Positions 52,173 to 60,085 of a stretch of 64,000 bases of DNA are shown piece by piece. The notes under the pieces were generated by a model, which saw only the letters and a list, made by a program, of their open reading frames with translations, was not told where the DNA came from and made no database searches. The stretch lies in NCBI GenBank assembly GCA_023249095.1, contig JAHFDK010000012.1:91-64090 (forward strand), in the 5' to 3' direction. The translations under genes were made by a program, and so were the position numbers. Origin of the DNA: Candidatus Rokuibacteriota bacterium (GTDB lineage: Bacteria; Methylomirabilota; Methylomirabilia; Rokubacteriales; CSP1-6). Position 1 is the first letter of the stretch; every line of letters begins with the position of its first letter.

Positions 52173-54046
52173 GAGACGTCACCTCCCCCTGAGCCTGGTT
52201 GGCTTCCGCCATTGTAACAGTCTGGCGTGGATCGTGGTTCCCCCGCCGGCGGCGGGTGGAAGTGGTCGAAGATCCGCTGGGCGAGCTTCGGGGTGACCTT
52301 CGGCACCGCCGCCAGCTCGGCGACCGAAGAGTCACGGACGCGGCGCGCGGAGCCGAGCGTCTTCAGGAGGCTCGTCCGGATCGTCGGCCCGACGCCGGGA
52401 ATCGCGTCGAGCACCGACTGGATCGTGCGCTTCGCCCGGAGCTTCTTGTGGTAGGTGATCGCGAAGCGGTGCGCCTCGTCCCGGATCCGCTGGAGCGTGT
52501 GGAGCGCGGGCGACGTCGGATCGAGGATGAGCGGGTGCAGGCTGTCGGCCTGGTACACCTCCTCGGCCTGCTTCGCGAGCCCGACGGCCGGGATGTAATC
52601 GAGCCCGAGATCCTGGAGCACCTTGAGCGCGACGTTGAGCTGGCCGCGGCCTCCGTCGATCAGGACGAGATCGGGCAGCACGCTCCCCTGCTCGAGCGCC
52701 TTCGCGAAGCGCCGCGTGAGCACCTCGCCCATCGAGGCGAAGTCGTCGGCGCCGGCGACGGTCCGGATGCGGAAGCGCTTGTAGTCGTCCTTCTTGAGGC
52801 CGCCATTCTCCCAGACGACCATCGAGCCGACCTGCTCGGTTCCCTGGATGTTGGAGATGTCGTACCCCTCGATGCGGTTCGGGAGGCCGGGCAAGCTCAG
52901 CGCGCGCTGGAGCTCCTCGAGAACGAGCTGCTGGCGGTTGTCGCGGGAGAGGAGGCGGTTCTGGAGCGCGATCACGGCGTTCGCCTCGGCCATCGCGACG
53001 AACTCCCGCTTGGTTCCCCGCTGAGGCGCGTGTAGCTGCACGCGGCGGCCGGCGAGCGTCGCGAGCCACTCGGTCGTGAGCTCCGCCTCGGGCAGCTCCT
53101 CGGACAGGAGGATCTCGGGCGCCGGCGGGACCGCCTTACCGTAGAACTGGCGCACGAACGCCGAGAGGATCTCGCCGTCACTCCAGCCGGCGACGCGATC
53201 GAAGAAGAAGGGCTCCTGACCGACGAGCCGGCCCTTGCGCACGAAGAACAGCTCCACGCACGCGTCGCCCCCCTCACGCACGACACCGACGACGTCCTGA
53301 TCCACGTCGTCCGTCGAGATGATCTTCTGGCGCTCGCGGACCTTGTTGAGGGACTGGATCTGGTCGCGGAGCAGGGAGGCGCGCTCGAATTTGAGCTCGC
53401 CGGCGGCCTCCTCCATCTCCTTGGTGAGGCGCCGCGCCAGCTCCTCGTCCCGTCCTTCCAGGAAGTGCACGACGTCCTGCACCGTCTTCGCATATCCCTC
53501 GCGGGTCTCCCAGCCCGTGCAGGGCGCGTTGCAGCGGTGGATCGCGTACTGGATGCACGGCCGCTCGAGCGAGCCGTCGATCGTGATCGAGCAGGTGCGC
53601 AGGGGGAAGAGCTGGCGCGTGAGCCGGAGGGTCTCGCGCATCGCGGTGGCTGGATAGAAGGGGCCGTAGTATTGCGCGCCGTCGCGCTGCACCCGCCGGG
53701 CCACCACCAGCCGCGGAAACTCCTCGTTCGTGGTGAGCCTCAGGAACGGATAGTGCTTGTCGTCGCGCAGGATGATGTTGTACCGGGGCCGGTGCTTCCG
53801 GACCAGATTGGCCTCGAGCATGAGGGCCTCGAGCTCGTTGTCGGTGACGATGTACTCGAGGTCGCGGACCTGGCGCACGAGCGCGTCCGTCTTGGGGTCG
53901 CGCGGACGAGACTCCTGGAAGTAGGATCGCACGCGGCTGCGCAGGGACGCGGCCTTGCCGACGTAGAGGACCTGCTGCTTGCCGTCCCGGTAGAGGTACA
54001 CGCCGGGCCGGTCGGGCACCCGGGCGACCTTGTCTTCCAGCGTCAC
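52169..54046 (-). CDS. uvrC: Excinuclease ABC subunit C
   Basis: 625 aa. GIY-YIG start (PGVYLYRDGKQQVLYVGKA) and a C-terminal HhH region. Confidence 0.95.
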   Translation of the reverse strand: MTLEDKVARVPDRPGVYLYRDGKQQVLYVGKAASLRSRVRSYFQESRPRDPKTDALVRQVRDLEYIVTDNELEALMLEANLVRKHRPRYNIILRDDKHYPFLRLTTNEEFPRLVVARRVQRDGAQYYGPFYPATAMRETLRLTRQLFPLRTCSITIDGSLERPCIQYAIHRCNAPCTGWETREGYAKTVQDVVHFLEGRDEELARRLTKEMEEAAGELKFERASLLRDQIQSLNKVRERQKIISTDDVDQDVVGVVREGGDACVELFFVRKGRLVGQEPFFFDRVAGWSDGEILSAFVRQFYGKAVPPAPEILLSEELPEAELTTEWLATLAGRRVQLHAPQRGTKREFVAMAEANAVIALQNRLLSRDNRQQLVLEELQRALSLPGLPNRIEGYDISNIQGTEQVGSMVVWENGGLKKDDYKRFRIRTVAGADDFASMGEVLTRRFAKALEQGSVLPDLVLIDGGRGQLNVALKVLQDLGLDYIPAVGLAKQAEEVYQADSLHPLILDPTSPALHTLQRIRDEAHRFAITYHKKLRAKRTIQSVLDAIPGVGPTIRTSLLKTLGSARRVRDSSVAELAAVPKVTPKLAQRIFDHFHPPPAGEPRSTPDCYNGGSQPGSGGGDVS

Positions 54047-54086
54047 AGGCTCGCCTCGCCTGCGGCTGCGGCTCGCACTGCCGGGC

Positions 54087-56069
54087 TCACTTGAGCTGCT
54101 GCTTGCGAAGCGACTTGAGCCTGTCCCGAAGCTCGGCCGCCTGCTCGAAGTCGAGGCGCTTGGCCGCTTCCTTCATCCGCGCCTCCAGTTCGAGGATACG
54201 CGACTGGAGCGCCGCCGGCGACTCGAAGGTCTCCGCCGCCGGTTCCTCCACCGGCACCGTGTAGTAGTCGCGCTCGTAGATCGTCTGGAGCAGTTCGCGG
54301 ATCGAGGACTTGATCGATTCCGGCGTGATCCCGTGCGCGTCGTTGTAGGCGCGCTGCAGTTCACGCCGACGCTCGGTCTCGCGGAGCGTGGCCGCCATCG
54401 AGGCCGTGACGTGGTCGGCGTACATGATGACCTCGCCGTTGACGTTGCGCGCCGCCCGCCCCGCCGTCTGGATGAGCGAGGTCGCCGAACGGAGGTAGCC
54501 TTCCTTGTCGGCGTCCAGGATCGCCACGAGCGACACTTCCGGGATGTCGAGCCCCTCGCGCAGGAGGTTGATCCCGATGAGACCGTCGAACTTGCCGAGT
54601 CGGAGGTCGCGGATGATCGCGACCCGGTCGAGCGTGTCGATGTCGGAGTGCAGATAGCGGACCCGGAGCCCGAGCTGCTGGTAGTACTCGGTCAGGTCCT
54701 CGGCCATCCGCTTGGTCAGCGTCGTCACCAGGACACGCTCGTCGCGCTCGGCCCGGGCCCGGAGCTCGCCGAGCAGGTCGTCGACCTGGTCCTTCGCGGG
54801 CCGGACGGTGATGCGTGGCTCCATGAGCCCCGTCGGGCGAATCACCTGCTCGGCGAGCGTGGCGGCCGCGAGATCGAGCTCGTAGGGGCCCGGCGTCGCG
54901 GAGACGTAGATCGTCTGGCCCGTGAGCCGCGTGAACTCGTCGAACGTGAGCGGCCGGTTGTCGAACGCCGAGGGCAGCCGGAACCCGTATTCGACGAGCG
55001 CCTCCTTGCGCGACCGGTCCCCGTAGTACATGCCGCGGACCTGCGGCACGGCGACGTGGCTCTCGTCGATGACGACCAGCGCGTCCTTCGGCAGGTAATC
55101 GATCAGCGTCGGCGGGGCTTCCCCCGGCCGGTGTCCGGTCAGGTGACGCGAGTAGTTCTCGATCCCGTGGCAATAGCCGAGCTCGCGCAGCATCTCGATG
55201 TCGAAGAGGGTCCGCTGCTCGAGCCGCTGCGCCTCGAGCAGGCGGTTGCGCTGGCGGAGGAACGCGAGCCGGTCCGCGAGCTCCTCCTGGATGGTCTCGA
55301 ACGCGCGCGCGAGCTGGTTCGCCTCGGTGACGTAGTGGCTCGCCGGGTAGATGTGGACCCGGTCGACGCGCTCGCGGACCGCGCCCCGGAGCGGGTCGAT
55401 CCGCGAGATCGCGTCGACGACGTCGCCGAAGAGCTCGATCCGGAGCGCGATCGAGTCCTCGTTCGCCGGGAAGACTTCGACCACGTCGCCCCGCACGCGG
55501 AACGTGCCGCGGTGGAAGTCGTAGTCGTTCCGCTCGTACTGGACCGCGATGAGCCGCCGGATGATCTCGTCCCGGTCGATCCGGTCGCCCTCGCTGAGCT
55601 CGAGGTGCAGCCCCTGGTAGGTGTCGGGCTCGCCGATGCCGTAGATACACGAGACGGAGGCGACGACGATGACGTCGCGCCGCTCCAGGAGGGACTTGGT
55701 CGCCGAGTGGCGCATCCGGTCGATCTCGTCGTTGATGAGGGCGTCCTTCTCGATGTACGTGTCCGACTGCGGAATGTAGGCCTCGGGCTGGTAATAGTCG
55801 TAGTACGAGACGAAGTATTCGACCGCGTTCGACGGGAAGAACGCCCGGAACTCGCTGAAGAGCTGGGCGGCCAGCGTCTTGTTCGGCGAGATGACGAGCG
55901 TCGGCCGGTCCACGTTCGCCACGACGTTGGCGATCGAGTAGGTCTTGCCCGAGCCGGTCACCCCGCGCAGCACCATGTGGCGGCGGCCCTCGCGGACGAA
56001 GTTCGTGAGCGCGGCGATCGCCTGGGGCTGGTCGCCACTCGGCGAATACTCGGAGGACAACCGGAACAC
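54087..56069 (-). CDS. uvrB: Excinuclease ABC subunit B
   Basis: 660 aa. Contains [15 protein letters not shown], and the C-terminal UVR domain [22 protein letters not shown]. Confidence 0.95.
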   Translation of the reverse strand: MFRLSSEYSPSGDQPQAIAALTNFVREGRRHMVLRGVTGSGKTYSIANVVANVDRPTLVISPNKTLAAQLFSEFRAFFPSNAVEYFVSYYDYYQPEAYIPQSDTYIEKDALINDEIDRMRHSATKSLLERRDVIVVASVSCIYGIGEPDTYQGLHLELSEGDRIDRDEIIRRLIAVQYERNDYDFHRGTFRVRGDVVEVFPANEDSIALRIELFGDVVDAISRIDPLRGAVRERVDRVHIYPASHYVTEANQLARAFETIQEELADRLAFLRQRNRLLEAQRLEQRTLFDIEMLRELGYCHGIENYSRHLTGHRPGEAPPTLIDYLPKDALVVIDESHVAVPQVRGMYYGDRSRKEALVEYGFRLPSAFDNRPLTFDEFTRLTGQTIYVSATPGPYELDLAAATLAEQVIRPTGLMEPRITVRPAKDQVDDLLGELRARAERDERVLVTTLTKRMAEDLTEYYQQLGLRVRYLHSDIDTLDRVAIIRDLRLGKFDGLIGINLLREGLDIPEVSLVAILDADKEGYLRSATSLIQTAGRAARNVNGEVIMYADHVTASMAATLRETERRRELQRAYNDAHGITPESIKSSIRELLQTIYERDYYTVPVEEPAAETFESPAALQSRILELEARMKEAAKRLDFEQAAELRDRLKSLRKQQLK

Positions 56070-56082
56070 GTGTCGGGCTACT

Positions 56083-56613
56083 TCAGGAGAGCGTCGGGAC
56101 GGCGAGAAGATACTTGCGCCACGAGTCGAGGAGCGAGTGCGCGTGTGGGTGTCGCAGCATGTGCGTCGAGAACACGAACTTCGGATGCACCGGCTCGCGG
56201 ATGAGTCGCATCCCGACCTCGGCGGGCAGGCGATTGCCTTTCCGCAGATTGCACCGTAGACAGGCCGCGACCACGTTCACCCAAGTCGTCTCGCCCCCGC
56301 GCGAGCGGGGCACGACGTGGTCGACGGTCAGCCGCTCGCCGCGGCGATTGCAGTACTGGCAGGTGTAGCCATCCCGTCGCAGGATGTTCTTCTTGTTGAA
56401 GGCCACGCGGTCGAGGAACGGCTTGCGGATGTACATGGCCAGCCGGATCACGGCGGGCAGGGCGAACGTCACCGAGGGCGACCGCACCACGCGCGGGGAG
56501 GCTTCGACGGCCTCCGCCTTGCCGGCCAGCAGCAACGTGATCGCGCGGCGTGCGTTGGTGAAATGCAGCGGCTCAAAGGTGAAGTTGAGCACCAGTACCG
56601 CAATTTCGTCCAT
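56083..56613 (-). CDS. HNH endonuclease
   Basis: 176 aa. Contains ..[48 protein letters not shown]. Confidence 0.85.
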   Translation of the reverse strand: MDEIAVLVLNFTFEPLHFTNARRAITLLLAGKAEAVEASPRVVRSPSVTFALPAVIRLAMYIRKPFLDRVAFNKKNILRRDGYTCQYCNRRGERLTVDHVVPRSRGGETTWVNVVAACLRCNLRKGNRLPAEVGMRLIREPVHPKFVFSTHMLRHPHAHSLLDSWRKYLLAVPTLS

Positions 56614-56628
56614 GCTTATCGCGTTAGT

Positions 56629-57597
56629 CTAGTCGGCGCCTCTCGGAGTGTCAAATCGCGGCCGAGATCCGTAGCGTCGCTCGATCGCGTCCACCAAGAC
56701 GCCCTCGCGCAGCCCGTACTCGCTGACCCGTAGCGTCTCGAGCCCAAGCTGGTCCAGGGTCGCCATCACGATCGCGATGCCGGGGATGATGAGGTCGGCG
56801 CGGCCTGGCTCGAGGCACGGGAGCCCCGCGCGCTCGCCGACCGTGAGCCCACCCACCCGGGCCGAGAGCCGAGCGATGGTCGGACGGTTCAGGAGGTGCC
56901 CTTGCACCCGTTCGGGATCGTAGTGCCTGAGGCCGAGGTCGAGCGCCGCGAGCGTCGTCACCGTGCCGGCCGTGCCCACGAGGTGGGCGACGTGGGCGGT
57001 GCGGATCGTCGCCGGCAGCTCGCGGTCGAGGCGGGTACGCACCTCACCATAAAGCTCGCGGTAGCGTGGCTCGTCCACGGGGCCCGGAAACGGGAACCGC
57101 TCCGCGAGCGGGACGACGCCGAGCCGCAGGCTCACCATCGACCGGATCGCGTCGCCTTCGGCCAGCACGTACTCCGTGCTGCCGCCGCCGATATCGAACA
57201 CGAGGACAGGGCCCGCCAGCGCGCCGAGGCCGTACCGTACGCCACGGAGCGTGAGGCGGGCCTCGGCTTCGCCGCTCACGACGTCGACCCGCCGACCGGT
57301 CGCCTGTTCGACCGCCGACGCGAAGGCGCGGCCGTTGGACGCCTCGCGCACGGCACTGGTCGCCACGATGTGGATGTCACGCGCGCCGAGCCGGGCGCCG
57401 CGCTCGACGTAGCCGCTCACGACAGCGAGCGTTCGAGCCATCGATGCCTGACCGAGCGCTCCCGAGTGGGCGAGGCCCTCGCCGAGGCGGGTGATCGTCT
57501 GGTCCTGGTCGATGACCTGCCAGGTCGCCCTGCCGAGCACGTCGGCGACGAGCAGCCGGACCGTGTTGCTGCCGATATCGATCGTGGAGAGGCGCAT
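56629..57597 (-). CDS. ppx: Ppx/GppA-family phosphatase (exopolyphosphatase)
   Basis: 322 aa. Starts MRLSTIDIGSNTVRLLVADV and contains FDIGGGSTE. Confidence 0.85.
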   Translation of the reverse strand: MRLSTIDIGSNTVRLLVADVLGRATWQVIDQDQTITRLGEGLAHSGALGQASMARTLAVVSGYVERGARLGARDIHIVATSAVREASNGRAFASAVEQATGRRVDVVSGEAEARLTLRGVRYGLGALAGPVLVFDIGGGSTEYVLAEGDAIRSMVSLRLGVVPLAERFPFPGPVDEPRYRELYGEVRTRLDRELPATIRTAHVAHLVGTAGTVTTLAALDLGLRHYDPERVQGHLLNRPTIARLSARVGGLTVGERAGLPCLEPGRADLIIPGIAIVMATLDQLGLETLRVSEYGLREGVLVDAIERRYGSRPRFDTPRGAD

Positions 57598-57609
57598 TGG
57601 CGGAGAGCG

Positions 57610-57639
57610 AAAACGCCCCGCCGGAGTCCCGGCGGGGCG
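57610..57639 (-). terminator. Rho-independent terminator after the cytochrome c gene
   Basis: Perfect 11-bp stem CGCCCCGCCGG / CCGGCGGGGCG with a 4-nt loop, followed on the minus strand by TTTT. It lies 24 nt after the stop at 57663. Confidence 0.7.
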
Positions 57640-57662
57640 CGGTGACCGTGACGCCGTGCTGG

Positions 57663-58064
57663 TTACGTTCCCTTCAGAGTTCTGATGTAGTTCACGATCT
57701 CCCAGCGCTCTTGCTCCGGCAGGTGCTTCCAGGGCGGCATGGCGCCGCGGCCGTTCGAGATCTTCCAGAAGAGCTCACCGTCGGTTTCCTTCTGGATCGC
57801 CGCCGACGTCCAGTTCGCGGGCTTCGGCGGAGGCAGCGCGGCGGCGGCCGGGCCGTCGCCCTTTCCCATGGGGCCGTGACACGACACGCAGTTCGTCTCG
57901 ACAGCCTTCTTCGCGTTCCCGACGCCCTTCACCGGGTTCTTCATGGCCTTGGCGTCGGCCGGCGCCACCCATGGTCCTTGGGCGGAGACCACCGCCACGC
58001 CGATCCAGACGACGAGCGTGATCGCGGCGACGGCGATGCTCAGCGACCTCCCGAACGCGCTCAT
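57663..58064 (-). CDS. Class I c-type cytochrome (mono-haem, secreted)
   Basis: 133 aa from MSAFGRSLSIAVAAITLVVWIGVAVVSA (GAGGAGG SD). Haem site CVSCHG and a distal ..GAMPPW... Confidence 0.8.
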   Translation of the reverse strand: MSAFGRSLSIAVAAITLVVWIGVAVVSAQGPWVAPADAKAMKNPVKGVGNAKKAVETNCVSCHGPMGKGDGPAAAALPPPKPANWTSAAIQKETDGELFWKISNGRGAMPPWKHLPEQERWEIVNYIRTLKGT

Positions 58065-58157
58065 GGCGCCTCCTCTCGTGAAACTCGTACAGGCACGAAC
58101 GATCGTGATGATGTTCACAAAAACGAGATCCATTTAACACTCCTGGGACGAACGAGG

Positions 58158-59555
58158 TCAAGCAGATATTCGACGCGCGCGCATCGCGGCGAGCCAGCAG
58201 AGCGCGGCCAGACCCCCGTAGGCGCCGGCGAGGCGCCCCGACATCGGCGAGGGTGCGGCCCACGGCCAGAAGAGTGCGCCGCTCGGCAGGGGCGAGTGGA
58301 TCACGCCGAAGAGCGTGGCGAGGCTCGCGACCACGAAGACGAGCCCGGCGAGCACCAATCGGTGGTCGATGATCGCCGCAAGCGCCCATCCCCAGAGGAC
58401 GGCGGTCAGGATGAATCCATTCCCCAGGACGAGCAGCGCCTGGTAGCCGAGCGCGGCGTCGCCCTGGAGCGCGGCCGGCGAGGTGCCGAGCGCCGAGAAG
58501 AGGCTTCCCGATTCGATGAGCACCACCGCCGCGGCCACCGGCACGAACGTGAGGGCGACCGCGGCGCCGTACCGCGGCGGCGTCGCCAGGAACCCCTGCG
58601 CGGTGATCTCGAGCCCGATGAAGACGAGGATCGGCGCGATCGCGGCTTCCGGCAGCACGGCGACGAGGAGCGAGAGCGCCCCGGCCGCCGCGCCTACGCC
58701 GATCACGAGCCCGGTCGCCAACGTGTACCCGGCGCGCGCGCCCATCGCCTTGTACGCCGGGTGGCCGATGTAGGGCGTGTTCTGGATGACGCCGCCGCAG
58801 CATCCGGCCAGGACGGTCGCCGCGGCTTCGGTCAGGAGGATGTCGCGCGCGCGGTATTCGTCACCCGCCGCCGCCGCGCTCTCCGTGTTGTCGATCCCGC
58901 CGATGATCGTCACGAGCGCGAACGGGAGCGCGATCGACAGATACGGCAGCGTGTCGGGCAGCGCGTCGAGCCAGCCGAGCGTGGGCCAGGGCAGCGCCAG
59001 GCGGAGCGGCCCGACGGCGATCGCGCTGCCGGGGCCGAGGTCGAGCCAGGCGCGGCCCCAGAAGATCAGCGTGCCCGCGAGCACCGACGCGAACGCACCC
59101 GGGAGCCCGAACGGCATGCGTACTCGGCCGAAGAGAGCCAGCAGCAGGAGGAGCAGCGCGACCAACCCGACCAGCGGGTCGCGCAGGATCTTGAGCATCG
59201 GGAGGAAGGCGATCAACAGAATCGACACGGCCGCGATCGACCCGAGGAGCGCCGCGCGGGGCACGACCCGCCGCGCCCAGTCGCCACCGAAGGCGAGTCC
59301 AAGCTTGACGAGGCCGATCGCGATCGTCGCCGCCATGCCCACCTTCCACGCGAGCACAGGGTCGCCGGTCGCGAGCATCACGGGTCCGAGCACGCCGAAG
59401 ACCATCGCGACCAGAGTCGGGGTGTCGATGCCGAACGGCATCGCGGTGACGTCCTCCCGCCCGGTGCGGCGCATGAGCTTCAGGGCCAGCCACGTGTAGG
59501 CGAGGTCGCCGGCAAGAACGCCGAGCGCGGTCCCCGGCACCATGCGCTGGAGCAC
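58158..59555 (-). CDS. NCS2-type (xanthine/uracil/nucleobase) permease; 5' end unresolved
   Basis: Multi-TM protein with ..AMPFGIDTP.. and ..GGIDNTESAAAAGDEY... The conserved N-terminal sequence (RWIRAGDLNGFLGLALDNVTQLV..) continues upstream in frame to about 59672. No ATG, GTG or TTG occurs there. Confidence 0.7.
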   Translation of the reverse strand: MLQRMVPGTALGVLAGDLAYTWLALKLMRRTGREDVTAMPFGIDTPTLVAMVFGVLGPVMLATGDPVLAWKVGMAATIAIGLVKLGLAFGGDWARRVVPRAALLGSIAAVSILLIAFLPMLKILRDPLVGLVALLLLLLALFGRVRMPFGLPGAFASVLAGTLIFWGRAWLDLGPGSAIAVGPLRLALPWPTLGWLDALPDTLPYLSIALPFALVTIIGGIDNTESAAAAGDEYRARDILLTEAAATVLAGCCGGVIQNTPYIGHPAYKAMGARAGYTLATGLVIGVGAAAGALSLLVAVLPEAAIAPILVFIGLEITAQGFLATPPRYGAAVALTFVPVAAAVVLIESGSLFSALGTSPAALQGDAALGYQALLVLGNGFILTAVLWGWALAAIIDHRLVLAGLVFVVASLATLFGVIHSPLPSGALFWPWAAPSPMSGRLAGAYGGLAALCWLAAMRARRISA

Positions 59556-59682
59556 GAGGTCGGCCGGGAACTTGAAGACGCCGATCAGCAGTGAGGAGAG
59601 GATGACGAGCTGCGTGACGTTGTCGAGGGCGAGGCCGAGGAAGCCGTTCAGGTCCCCCGCCCGGATCCAGCGCGGGTGGGTC

Positions 59683-59988
59683 CTAGCGAGGCCGGGCGTC
59701 GGCCACCCCCTGGTCGGCGATCACCTCACGGGCCAGGCTCTTTATGCGCTCGGCCAGGCTGGTGCACCAGGCGAGACTACCGCGGTTGTCGGCGACTTCG
59801 CGGAAATCGAACTCGATGGCCGGGCCGACGCGTTGAGCGAGCCTCAATCGGGCGAGGTATGACTTCCCCGCCCGCTCGTCGTCCTCCTCGAGGACGACCT
59901 CAACGCGCGGATCGACCCGCTTGGCATGAGACGTCAGAAAGTTCCAGAGCCAGCGTTTGACTTCGTGATACGTCCCACCCGAAAACAC
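59683..59988 (-). CDS. Hypothetical protein (101 aa)
   Basis: GTG start. The product reads VFSGGTYHEVKRWLWNFLTSHAKRVDPRVEVVLEEDDERAGKSYLARLRL.... I recognise no family. It contains several codons that are otherwise rare here (TTT, TAT, AAA, TCA, TTG, ATA). Confidence 0.4.
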   Translation of the reverse strand: MFSGGTYHEVKRWLWNFLTSHAKRVDPRVEVVLEEDDERAGKSYLARLRLAQRVGPAIEFDFREVADNRGSLAWCTSLAERIKSLAREVIADQGVADARPR

Positions 59989-60038
59989 GCCGGCATTCTA
60001 GCACCGAGAGATTGGATGGATCGCCATCCCGGAGGCAA

Positions 60039-60065
60039 CGAGGGGACCAGCGACTGGTCCCCTCG
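60039..60065 (-). terminator. Strong hairpin downstream of nrdJ
   Basis: Perfect 12-bp inverted repeat CGAGGGGACCAG-cga-CTGGTCCCCTCG, 20 nt after the nrdJ stop. Only a weak T-run follows. A second 6-bp hairpin is at 60014-60029. Confidence 0.55.
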
Positions 60066-60085
60066 TGAAGGTCAATGCGCCCGGC

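Noticed and set aside
56083-56613. HNH endonuclease next to uvrB as a possible defence or homing module.
   Set aside because: It is a stand-alone 176-aa HNH protein in a co-directional housekeeping array. There are no partner genes (methylase, helicase, ATPase) and no repeats. The evidence is insufficient for any system-level call.
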